A stretch of 64,000 bases of DNA from Guillardia theta CCMP2712. Lineage: Eukaryota; Protista; Cryptophyta. A model generated the notes under the pieces. The model was given only the letters and a program-made list of their open reading frames with translations. It was not told where the DNA came from and did no database searches. The stretch lies in NCBI RefSeq assembly GCF_000315625.1, contig NW_005434665.1, positions 617,220 to 681,219 on the forward strand, in the 5' to 3' direction. The translations under genes and the position numbers were made by a program. This document shows, piece after piece, positions 1 through 11,800 of the stretch (position 1 is the first letter of the stretch; each line of letters opens with the position of its first letter).

Positions 1-770
1 GCTTACCCATGTGGTTACCTTGTCTTCCTTCCACAACTGGAAGAAGTAGCTTGACAACACCAGAACTGGAGGGTTCCTGTCAGGTCTGATACCTGAGCTG
101 CCCAAAACATGGGTTCTGTAGCTGGGTTCGTACGACTTCCGGTCTTCTGGAGGACTGGAGCACCATTCGCTGAAAGGAGGACAGGTGTTAGGCCAAATCC
201 AGAAAACGAATGTATCGGCAAATCACCTTTACAATGCTTGTTGATATTCGCAATGATATGAAATGCACAAAAGACAACATCAACGTGAGGCATGGTATCG
301 AGTAAACCCTTCAGAATCGCTGTTCCTCGATCCGTGATAACTGTCAACTTCCCGCTGTCCTTCGATAGCCATTTACCCACAGAGGTGGTATTCAGCTGCC
401 TCCACATGAATGCTGTGTTCTCTGCCGTTTCACCACCAATCCAAGTTCCATCTTGCTTCCAAGATGCAAACTCGGATCCCTGAACACCGTACAAGTGCAT
501 GTCAGTCAATTACCAACGAGACACGACGCCGATCATGAGCAGCTATACCAACTGCTAAAGGTACGATGGTACCATTTCCGAATCGCGCCTCGATTATCAT
601 AGCTTTGCCATGGTACCACCTAAACCAGTCTGCGTCACATCACAACCGGTGGCACGGCACTGGCTGAGCTTACGAACGTGTAATAAGACAAAAATCCTGA
701 CGAAGTATCCGTAGCCCACACGCTTCAACAAGACGAAGAATAGTACCGTTGGCAAGGAAAACTTCTCTGA
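1..770 (-). pseudogene. Mutator-like (MULE) DDE transposase, intron-containing, frameshifted; runs off the left edge
   Basis: Minus-strand segments GCDVTQTGLG/YHGKAMIIEARFGNGTIVPLAVGIA resemble the MULE first-Asp motif D-G-T..G.Y.G.......G...I.PLA. Further on, ETAENTAFMW and TVITDRGTAILKGLLDTMPHVDVVFCAFHIIANI match the second Asp and CxxH motif. The frame changes near 615. Confidence 0.8.
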
Positions 771-775
771 ACGAG

Positions 776-1000
776 AAGATGACAAGGAGGACGGTACGAG
801 GAGATGACAAGGAGGACGGTACGAGGAGATGACAAGGAGGCAGGTACGAGGAGATGACAAGGAGGCAGGTACGAGGAGATGACAAGGAGGCAGGTACGAG
901 GAGATGACAAGGAGGCAGGTACGAGGAGATGACAAGGAGGCAGGTACGAGGAGATGCCAAAGACGAAGGTGCGAGGAGATGACAAGGAGGCAGGTACGAG
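776..1000. repeat. Minisatellite, 9 x 25 bp (GAGATGACAAGGAGGCAGGTACGAG)
   Basis: Units at 776, 801, 826 ... 976. The first two carry ACGGT instead of CAGGT; unit 951-975 is degenerate. Confidence 0.97.
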
Positions 1001-1427
1001 CAAAGTATACGGTTACGACCGTTATGGATACGTGTCACGATTGCTCTGAGGCAGGCCTGATTTTCCTTTCAGTCTCTCAGCTCCAGTCCCTACGGGCCCC
1101 GGGGGGCTTGGGAAGATATAGGGTTATGAGCCTCAGTCCCACGAACCCTACCATAGGTACCACCCCACCCACTACACCGTGGCCAACTATACTACCCACC
1201 AGATCCATCCAACAATAATATACCCCTACCACCCATCCATCTACCCAGTACCCACAAAATATACCTGTCTTCTCAGCTGTCCAAGAACCCCCACCCATCT
1301 TTTGCTTCCACACACCCCTCTCAAATCACCTACACACTTCACCCGCTCTGTGACCACCTTTTATGCGCGCCATGTACGATCATGCAGGGAGGCATCCGAG
1401 AGGGGAGAGGATGCGAGACTATGAAGC

Positions 1428-4254
1428 ATGGATGGGGTACTGAGGACAAGGACCAGAAGAAAACTCTCTGTGGAAAGAACCGCAGCGATGGGTGGAGACA
1501 AAGGCAAGAATGACAAGGGAAAGCCTCGTTCGAAGCTGGAAATGACTCCTGAAAAGTGCTTTGATCCTTGTCAAATTGATGCGAGCGAGTCGCAGGCACA
1601 ATCCAAACTTCCCGACAGAAAGGATGAGATTTCTTCTCGTCCTATGTCAAACGGGGCACATAAACAAAGCAAATCGACTCCTCGGTCGAAACCTGATGAA
1701 CTTTTAGACGGAGGGCGAGGCTGTCACATCCCTAAAGGTATTAACATGAAACTCGACTAAAATGTATGACCCTGTGTATTATACAGAAGTTTTTTCGAGC
1801 TTGTACTCTCTTCATTCGTACACGCCGCACATGGGCATTCTGTTGGAAAAACGACAGTCGAAGCGAATAGGACAGAGAAGGGATATCTACGTCGAGGTGA
1901 TGTACAATTGTTGTTAGCTCATTGCACTGATCCATTATTCGCAACAGAGTTACCGTCTAAGCTACAATTTTTCAGAGGATGGACTCCTTGCTATGATCTT
2001 GGAAATCCTGGCAGAGGGGAAACTATCGATTGCAGGATGGTTCTTGGTTGTTAAATCCGCCCCAGAAGATCTTAGCAGACTTGGTGACGCGATCTCCACC
2101 AGCATGTTCAACACGATAAGCTCTGTCCTTACTACCGCTAATCTGACCTACAATCTCTCCAAAGGGATCTGTACAGATGCGGAACAACTGGCTTGCAATA
2201 CCGTGGATATGCTCACCAGCCTGTTGGGATTGATCGTGGTTAAGATAGAAAGCGAAGACACTCTTCGATTCAGATCATTTTGTTTGAGGACCCCGTGCGA
2301 TTGTCCGCATTATATTCAGAACATTCGACAGCGGATTAATCGAATGAAATCTTCCAAACAATGTAATGGGTACGCGGGTGATAGTGTGCTATCATCCGAG
2401 CCCGTCGATGACTCACCAGGCAGAGCTGTAGAAGAGCACCGTGCCAAAGACTCTGAAGTCGTCGTGCTGTCAGATGACGAAGACAAGTACGAGACAGAGG
2501 ACGACGATGAAGCGAAATCAGCCAGACAGGAGGATGGGGCTGGATCGGATTCTGACAAGTCTTGTCATATCGACCCTTCTGAAACAGTGATGGATATAAA
2601 TCACGCGAAAAACCTTCCCGAACAGGACGCTGAAAATGCTTGTGAGGTAGGTGTACTCCGGAAGAGTTCCAGAAACAAGCAGAAAGCTGCTTGTGGTGTG
2701 GTTTCAGATCCAACGTGCAACTGCTGCCGACATTTTGAATCGGGGTCGGACATGATCATGCTGAAATGCCATGTAAGGATATTGCCAGGGACAACAGCAC
2801 AGATTTTCAACGATAGAAATTCCTTGATGCAATCTATTAGAAATCATTATTCAGAATTGGAGGATATCAATTCTTTGATCGCTTCAATTAATCAAAAGCT
2901 TGACATGAAGAAGACTTTGGATGTGGCGAAAAATTCATTCATGGATCAGTTGGAGGTCTATCAGAATGCATGTACAAATGTTCAAAAACTGATTTCCTCC
3001 GGTTTGCTTAGACATGTTCAGAGTGCAGTGCGTGAACATCAGATCAGAAGTTCTCTAACATCACAGTCGGATTCCACAAATTGCGATTTGAACAGCAAAA
3101 CGCACTTTTTGGTCGATAATGGTGTAATGGTCACTGTCATGGATCTCGTATTGAATGATGTCTGCAACGAAAGCATAGGCTTCTTGTACGGAATGAGAGA
3201 AGACAAGAAGGTCCATATCAAGTCCTGCAGATTACAGGAAAGAGATATCTCAAGTCTTAGTCGGAATACTGTTCATTTGAAGCCAGAATGGCAGCATACA
3301 ACCAAGTATGCGGGTTTTGAAGTGGTTGGATGGTTTCATAGCCATCTATGCGATAACCCTTCGCCAAGCTCAGAGGATTGGGAAATGCATGAAATGCTTG
3401 AAACAGAGTTCGATCGTCCACTGATAGGCATGATCTGCTGCTTGACAATAGATCAGTGCTCACTGGCATTTGAAAGTACAGAAGTTGCCTTCTCCTTGTT
3501 TCACAGCGAGAGAACGAGATACGTAGAGTGGTCGGTGGTCGAAGAGTTGTACACATCACCGTCTCTCATCCGAGCAAAGTGGGATGCGCTTGAAGGAAGC
3601 TTCGACGAAAATCAGGCTGTGTTTGAAGACGTCATGAGTGAGGCACATGGGAACACGCGCACTCCATATCTCCGATGGATACAATACTTGGAAGATTTCC
3701 AAAGTTCGATTCGACTGATGAATCAACAAGTCCAGCAGCTTGTTTCGAACATCAAGGTTCAGATGCTATATTTGGGGAGAATTACACAGGATGAAAACTG
3801 CATGAAATTGGGCGAGACAAAAATCAAAACTCTAATGTGGGACAATCACGCTCTCCCAACAGTCTTCTGCGTCAAGACGTTTCCTCGCCCGGATTCGAAG
3901 AGTTTGGCAACATCGATATCTCCAGAACCTGAGAAGCAGCAACATGTTGAAGAGGTTAAAGAAGAACAACCTGAAACTTCGCCTGTTGGCAGGGCGGAAA
4001 TCTCGCCTGTCCGCAGGGAGAATCCTTCTCCTCGACGACCGTTCACGACGGAAAAGTTCAACGGTGGAGGGGCCTTTGCTAGCACGATGTCAGCAAATTC
4101 GAGAGCGAAGAAGGACGTGCCAGTGAGGGAGCGTGAGTTTGATACGAGATCAAACGGAGAGTTGCATCAATCCTTAGTTCATGACGACGATACAGATGAT
4201 TTTGAAGATCCTCCTTCTAAGAAACCGAAATCCGGGTCAAGGCGAAGAAGTTGA
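1428..4254 (+). CDS. MPN+/JAMM metalloprotease (BRCC36-like deubiquitinase) with long N-terminal extension; 3 exons
   Basis: NESIGFLYG...VVGWFHSHLCDNPSPSSED matches E-xn-HxH-x7-S-x2-D. Two GT-AG introns (~1738-1786, ~1896-1947) join ORF 1428 in frame to ORF 1993..4254. Confidence 0.8.
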
Positions 4255-4495
4255 TCGATCGTTGCAATCTCGCCGAATGCTTACCAAACCGCTGTTGTCT
4301 TGTTATTTTTCCTGGGGGTATGATCGCAAGCAAGCTTCTATGTGTAAGAAATGCTATTCTTTCGAAATGAACGTAAATGAGATGTGTCTTGAAGAAATCT
4401 CAAGATCATTCATCAATCATCAAAGCAAGCTAATCAAGAAAGCAGCAGACTGGCAGATTGTAAATTCATTCGTGAGGCTTGTAATGGTATCAGGT

Positions 4496-5514
4496 TTAGT
4501 TGAAGGCCTGCATCAATCCTCCACGACCAGAGATGGCGTAGACATAGTATGGATCGACATGATCAGAGACTGGTCCCATGTTGTACTCCCCCCTACTCTT
4601 GCCCTCAGTTTCTTCAAACACAGCACACTGCCTCTCACCTGTAAGTTCCCCCCAAGGTGACGGGAGCACCTGGTCGGCTACAGGAAGCACATCAGCCGCA
4701 AGTAGACTGCAACTATGGTTTCCTACCCCTGGACACCAGCGGGACTGGCAGCTCCTCCGTCGGAATCGCTCCTCTGGGTAGCCCTGAAGAGCAGCAAATC
4801 AGAACCGTTCATGTGCCATCATGCAGCCAAGCGTTGAGAAAGAAGTGAGCACGTCGCACCATGAGATGGGGCATCCATCAAAGTCAGGGCAGATCTGAAG
4901 TCCGCCTACCCACTTGCCAGACTGGATCTTACCCTCACCGTAAGGGTTGGATGACTGCGCAAAAATCAGGAGGGAAGGGAAACACATACACGGGAGTTGA
5001 TGCAGTTCAACAAGGCTGAAAAGTTTGAGGCAGGAAATTCGTCATGATCGGATAAGAACTACGCAAACATCACGATTGAGCTTGTCATAACAAGGGGAGA
5101 AAATCGAGAAATAACCAGGGATATAAAAAACAATGCAGCGAGAAACGCAAATTGAAGATTCACGCGAGAAATTCTGTATCAGGAGAGAGCACAGGTGAGG
5201 TAAGTATGAGACATTAAAATCATGTGCAGTGGGAGTAAGACACAGAGATAAGGATAAGCAAGGAGAATAGACGAGCCAAAACAATCGGAAGCAAGGAGGA
5301 GTGGGAGTTCTGAGAACAACGAGAAGGGCGCGGGGGACGACATGGTGCAAGGGTTTCATGAAACCGATGTAGGTCATAACGCGATGAAGGGTAAGTGATA
5401 ACAGGAAGAGGAAGGGTGTATAACAACAAGCATGCAGGAGAGGGGAGCAGCAGGTAGCAGGTGTGAGGTCGTGTAGAAGAATCGAGCATGGACTACCAGC
5501 TTGGAGAACATCAT
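4496..5514 (-). CDS. Small (~110 aa) multi-exon protein of unknown function
   Basis: Exons 5497-5514, 4990-5015, 4860-4954, 4727-4783, 4639-4677, 4496-4592. The last five splice in frame with GT-AG introns to xLLNCINSRSSNPYGEGKIQSGKWVGGLQICPDFDGCPISWATQRSDSDGGAASPAGVQGRPGAPVTLGGTYRGEYNMGPVSDHVDPYYVYAISGRGGLMQAFN*. Confidence 0.6.
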
Positions 5515-5614
5515 GGCGACTCTTCGTGGAGGGCCGAAGAGGGGTACATACTACCCCTCACTTGGACCGTACCAAGACCCCGTCTCAAGTGGGTCTACTT
5601 CTTATTTACCTTCT

Positions 5615-6215
5615 GCGCCCGGCGGCCGGGTCGGGCCCGAAATTTACTCGGTACGGTAAACCGTTAAATTAATCCGGGACTCGGAGGCGGCCCGCCGGCC
5701 CCGGGTACGGTCACTGCCAGGCCGCGGGGCGGCCCGGGCGGCCCCGGTCACCGGGTGGCACGCCGCGGTACGCCGTCGCGGGCGGCGCGACCGGTAAGGA
5801 CGCCTACTTGCACTGAACGCATTCGGTCCAGGATCTTTCTCGGAGGCTCACAGAGTCAGGCTGCCACAAGTTTCTCAACGGTACCGGCGGCGGGCCATCG
5901 GCGGCCGCCGCACGGTCCGATCACGCGGGTCAGTGTCCCAGTGCGCGCACACGCCGCGGCAGCCTTAACTTAAGTCGCCCAGTCACGACTGAACTTGGAA
6001 ACCACGGTTGACCGTACCGTACCGTGTACGGCACGGTACGGTACACGGTGAACGGGACTCCGCCCCGGCGGCGGGACTCGGGAGTCAGTCTCGTGCGCCA
6101 CTGCCGGGCTGAACGGCCTCAACCCGGCGGTCACCGCCCGGCGATGATCGGACCCGGTAAAGGCATGATGGAACTAGCCGCCCGGCTTCCGAGTTCCGAA
6201 CGGTCAAGTTGAGCA
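5615..6215. promoter_or_regulatory. GC/CCGG-rich island between divergent genes
   Basis: Abrupt GC-rich, palindrome-rich block between ATG 5514 (-) and ATG 6509 (+). It shares motifs with the islands at 33.4-34.1 kb and 46.0-46.1 kb. Confidence 0.55.
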
Positions 6216-6508
6216 TCTGTCCGAGTGACGGTATGGTGGCAGGGTCAAGCCTCTTCTCGTAGTAGTAATCATCTCCTCAGGATTGTCCTCGTACTGATTT
6301 TAACTTAACGTCGGAGTTACCGACGAGGTGCTGTACTTAGGGGGTAGGGTTAGTGAAGTAGCGGTCCGTCCCCAAGGGCTGTGTACTAGACGGACCTAGT
6401 AGTTGGTGGGATAAACAAATAACGGGTTGGTGGGTACGGTCGGGATCGGAAGGCAGGATTCGTGACATCACTGGTGGGGAAGTCAAGACGACAGCGGAGC
6501 AGCGAGCC

Positions 6509-6862
6509 ATGGGGGACAAGGGGAAGAGACTGTCAGAGCTGAAGCAAGAGCTCCAGAAGTGTAAGAGAATCATGTCCTTCTTCAGAAGCAGCACACGAGC
6601 AGAAGTCACACGTACGCTGCTTGTCTGCCATTTCGAAACCCTATTTTTGACCTGGCACTTAGATCTGTTGGACGAAGTTCAAGATCGCAAGGTCGCAATA
6701 ATCGAGGAGATTAAGACTGTGAGATAATTGTCGCATGATACTGCTGGAAACTAATGCCTTCGCTCACAGCTCACCGCTTTGATTCAAATCACGGAGGGAT
6801 TTCCACGAAGGAAATCCAACCAGTACGTCAGCGTTGCTTCGGGTGTGATGATCTATCAATAA
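6509..6862 (+). CDS. Small hypothetical helical protein, 3 exons
   Basis: MGDKGKRLSELKQELQKCKR...; two short GT-AG introns (~6612-6662, ~6719-6769) splice in frame to ...GVMIYQ*. Confidence 0.45.
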
Positions 6863-7139
6863 AATTAGTCATGTCTGTATACCAATAATAAGATTATTCA
6901 TGTCAAGAATCAAGTCTGTGTCAATTTCTGATTGACTCCATGTATGTATCGTTAACGCACCGGCGAAGCACATGCTTCCAGAACTAATTTACACGGTGAT
7001 CCTAGCTAGAGGTGCTATGAGGGAGGGAGACATAGTTGCATTTTACGAAGCATTGTCAGATGAGCTTTGCGGTTGTAAACATCGAATGGTTTTCGGATAC
7101 TGTTTTAATTTCCACTGTTTTATGCACCAAAGTGCTGAT

Positions 7140-8281
7140 TTAGTGAACGACACGCAGGCTGGAATGGTAGTATGCCAGGCTGAGAGCAGCGGAGCAAATC
7201 AAGAGAGGGAGCTGAGCCATCGCCATGCTTTCACGAGCTCCTGAAGTGCCCACGATGACTGAGCAACCGGCGTCTTTAAGGCACTGGGACTGTCTGAAAG
7301 GCAGACGGTAAGCCATGTGGATAATGAGGCCATGAGGTACCTGTCGATGTGACAGCAGATGGAGTTTTCTTGTCCGGTCGCCTTGGACCATGTGGCTTCA
7401 ACATAACCTGAGCAATGAAGGTGCAGATGAACTGCAAAGGAGGGGAAGACAAGGTCAAGAAGTACCGGATGTCGTCATCTTCGCATTGCTGAGTTCTGCT
7501 GCCGTGTTCACAGTGGTCGTGGATGATTTTGATGCCTTGCAGTCTGTCTTTGACATGCATCCCTTGAGGCATCCGAACGCATCCACTTCGCCATCTGTGT
7601 TGCACTTTGCCAAATCCTTGACCCTCATCATCAGGAACCCACAGCCCTCAACCTCCCCTTGCCTTCTCGCACACAGTTTTCCCGTCTCCTGTTGTCGTCT
7701 TGCCCTCTGGACACTGGTCCAGCTGTCAGCACAAGATATCGATAGTTGCAACCTTGCCTTTGTGCATGTGGCTGCCCCGGAGTCGCTGATGGTTCCCTGC
7801 TGACACTGAGGCACGGGACATCAGCACACCGCTATGAGCGCATAGAAAGTATGGTATACATCGAGGCAACTGCTAGATGCTTGATCAGGAGCATATTTTC
7901 CTGCCACACACTGACAACAACATTGCTTTCAGCGAAGAATTACATAATCGTTCCCTACTGTTTACCGAAGTGCATCTGGCCTCAGTCAGTTTCGCGCCTT
8001 TCTTGAGGTACTTTCCTGCAGGACATATCGCACAATTCTTGTTGTACATGGTGGGCTCAAAGCCATTTTCACAGCAGCAGCATTTCTCCGCGCAGTTGGA
8101 GCCATCGGCAAGAGTGCCGCTAGACTGACAGGATGGCCGACAACCATCCTCTGACTTGACATGCACAATGCATATGAAGAGGATGACAACGAAGCTTGGT
8201 GCCTGCCGAGAAGCGTCAGTCAGGGACCTCTCCTACCAACTTGAAGCTCGAGGAAATGAGAATAACCTGCATATTCGACAT
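7140..8281 (-). CDS. Cys-rich secreted/surface protein (TNFR/GCC2-GCC3-like Cys repeats, Ser/Thr linker, hydrophobic C-terminal tail)
   Basis: Spliced leader MSNMQ-APSFVVILFICIVHVKS; motifs CAICPAGKY and CQQGTISDSGAATCT; SKSSTTT linker; C-terminal LPLLICSAALSLAYY. Exon boundaries are approximate. Confidence 0.5.
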
Positions 8282-8878
8282 GCGTTTGTTTCGGGAGAAC
8301 AGGTGTTCGTTTGTTCCCCTGCCTCGTGTAGGATTACGTGCACTGGCAGCAATCTACCTTGGTCTTATTAACTTAGAGGCTCACTTATAAGATGACAGAG
8401 CTTGGTCGAGGTCTGAGTTGTGCTATCTGCTGCTGCCGGCCCCCGTCAAAAGGGGTTGCTCAGTCAAAATAAGATTTATAGGTTCAGGGACTGAAAATAT
8501 TTTAAAGATATATTGAAAGTTACTTGGAGTATTTTAGCTGATTGCCCCTCTTTTTCGTTCTTCCCATTTTAAAAAAGGACTGGTCCCTGAATTAACTTAC
8601 TGAACTTTGAGTAAAGGGCAATCATCATTTTCCAATCAACGAAATCTTGGAGGAATCACTTTTACTTTCCAATCAACTTTTTGAAAACCTTCAAAACTCC
8701 CCGTTTTCTATTGCTCAGAGAAGTCAGCGGAGGGATGAGGGGCAGGATGAGGGGGGTCAGGAATGCACGAATGACGCGGGTGGTGGGGAAGTGAAAGTGA
8801 AAGTGAAGCTGCTGGAGCGAGGAGAGGAGAGGAGAGGAGGAGGGAGCAGAGGAAACTACAAAGGAGGGAGCGGAGAAG

Positions 8879-11800
8879 ATGGTAGTGCAGGCGCAGGACG
8901 ATGGCTCAGAGACTTTCCTCAATGAGCTCTTCGTCCATGCTGTGTGGAAGCCGGACATTGACGAGGGCATGGATGGAGAGGATCGAGCACATCCCGATGA
9001 CGTTGCAACCCAGCAGGCAGAGGGTCTACCTTGCAATGAAAAGGAAATCCAGGGATATCAAAGCTTCGCAAGAAGTTTGGTCACGCTTTCTGATAGAGCC
9101 ACAACTCTCCCAGACCCATATTGGTTGTCTACCATCGAAGACGGGAAGTTTTCTTCACAGCTTCGCCTGGGGTACGCGAACGGAGAAGCAGCCGCGCGTA
9201 TGCATGCTCTAGCGCGCAAGGCCTGGAATCTTGAATTGTCACCAACCAAGAAACTTTTAATCATCATTCACGAGATAGGTCTGACCTTGCTGTCGGGTTC
9301 CGATGAATTTTGTCTTCCGAAAGCTGAATGGAGCTCTACGATAGATTATGGCTCCATGTTTTCTGCAGGAAAGTGGCGGCGGGTCGCATGGGAGCAGGAA
9401 GGCAGCTGCATTGCAGTGGCTGAGGTCGATGGAAGCGGACTGATCCTTTCTGTCCCGAATCTTCGGCCGGTAGCTCGGATACCGACTCTCTTGCCGCTCC
9501 CAACGCCAGCAGTTGACATCGCCTTCCTCCGAAGTAGCTGCTTGAGTGAGGGCGACAGCTCTAGCCCTAGCAAGGTCCTCCTCGCCCTCTCATACGACGG
9601 CATGCTCTACTGCCACCCCGCAGCGACCAAGAGCGGGGCGCCGGTCTACCTGCCGGAGCCTCTCGATCTGTCGCCATGGCACACCAACGTCTCCTGTATG
9701 GTGGTCGGGCATGCGCGTCAAATCATTGCGATCGGAGGCTGGAACGCAGAGAAGGCGCAAGGGACATCAAACAGCCCTCCCATCTCGCTATGGGCGGTAG
9801 AAGACAGACCCCCAGTGTTCAAGTGCCTGTTTTCAACTGCTGTTCAGAAGCCCAACAAGGCGTTGAGGATTGTCAATCTGGTGAGAATTCTATTCTGATC
9901 TTGATGCAAGGGGGTCCGAGGACGCTGAGGATGTCTCCTATAGGCGAGGGCTGCGCTGAGAAACGTTGGGAGGCGGGAGCTTGACACGATGGTCTGTGGG
10001 GACCACCTGTGGTTTGAGCTGAATGTTTCAAATCAGGTGATGAAGATGGTTTTCTCCGAGTCAGGAAATCTGTTGGCAGCTCTTGAAGCTTGCGGGGACA
10101 TCACGGTCATCGACTGCGTCTCCTTCGCTGTCAAAGTTCGCTTCACCCAGGACGAGCTCTACAAGCTTTCGCCTGCTGGTAATCCTGTTTCTCTCTTTTG
10201 CCGTCTGTTCTTAGAAGGTAGTCGGAGTGTCTTGAAGGATTGCTCTGCCCTGTCATGACTCCTTGCTTTCACGTTGCTCACCTCCCTCCCGAACGCTAGT
10301 TCTCCTCTCTTCATTTCGATGCTCGCCCGGCCTCTTGGCGAGGTTTAGTCCGATGAGGATGGTTGACGGGCATGTTCTACAGGTCCTCTGTGCGATCAGC
10401 TGGGTGAGAGGAAGCAGAGCTCGTTCCTCTCAGCGTGTGGAGACATCTCATGGTGGGACGAGACATCCTTGGTAATCAGTCGACGAGATGGCAAAGTTGT
10501 GGTTGTCCCGATCCGCAAGCACTCGAAAGATCATCTCGAGCTGGGTGAGTTCCATATCAACCCGAGCATCACAAGTGCGATCTCAGAGAAGGAAGGAGGT
10601 CTGTTCGTTCTCGAATGCTGCAGAACAGTCAACGAAGAAGATTCGTTCCGTGGTGAGACCGTTGGCGATGCCTTCGGGTCGACGAACATTCCCTGGTACA
10701 GGAGGCTCCTGGGTACTTCGTTCTCAAGGAGAGGGGAGGAAAGCGTCATAGAAAATCAGCGCTTCTTGCGGAAGTATCGACTCATCTCGATATGTAAGAG
10801 CACGGTAGGACGAGTTGTACAGAGGAAGATTGACATGAAGGACTATGAAGCGGCTCTCAAGGTCGCGGACAAGTACAACCTTCCGGGGGATCCGATCTAC
10901 AAGAGCCAGTGGCTGCATGCCAAGGTCTCCGAAGAGTCGGTCGACAGGTATCTGCGCAATGTCTCAGATCTGCAGTGGGTGCTGGATCAATGCTTCAAAC
11001 GACACTGCCAGACCTGCGGTGAAGCGAAAGTCCTCGCCAAGTACGGGTACGATCGCTGTCTGCAGTATCTCCAAGACTTCTCCGCCATGGATGACACGGC
11101 GGACAAACCTCTGATAGAGAAGTCGAAGTTGCTGTTCGAGCAGAGGATGGTGTGGCTGGAGATATTTCAGTCGATCTATCCCGGAGACTCTCTGAACGAG
11201 ACGCGGCTGAGATGGTTCAGCGAGCAAGGGCCGAGCAACGTCGTCATCCTGCTGGCGATGGACGAAGAGTGCGAGGCTCTGTCGGTCGTCTACGACAGGT
11301 TCCGCTCTTCCCTGGACACTCGACTCTTCACCATCCTCAGTTACCTCCCCGAGACCTGCCGGCCAAAGAAGTTTGACAAGCTGATCCCGGACCTCCGCAC
11401 GATGGCGGAGGATGCGGAGGAGGAGCGTCATCAAGTGACGGTGGATGAGATGATAGACTGGTGCAAGTCGAGGGTCGTGCAGATAGAGCAGAGGACAGGG
11501 CTGGTCGACGTGGCGCTGGAGCTGTTGGAGTCTGTAACAAGGAAAATCCCCCCGGGCACGGCGAGGCTACCTGAGCTCCAGCAGCTCTCAAGCTCGTTCA
11601 ATCATCTCTTCACCCTCGTGTACGAGTGCGGCATCGACGTGCAGCTGTGCGAGTGGGAGAAGCTCGATGCCATGGGGAGGCTGCGCATGTTTGTCAAGAA
11701 CAGCAGCAGGGAAACGTTCGTGGCAGACCTCAGGGACCTTGCTGGGCCCTTCCTGGTCTCCCTCGGGGAGGAGGCGGGGGAGAAGCTCTTGCACGACTTC

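Noticed and set aside
776-1000. CRISPR-like array
   Set aside because: Head-to-tail units with no spacers, no cas genes, eukaryotic context.
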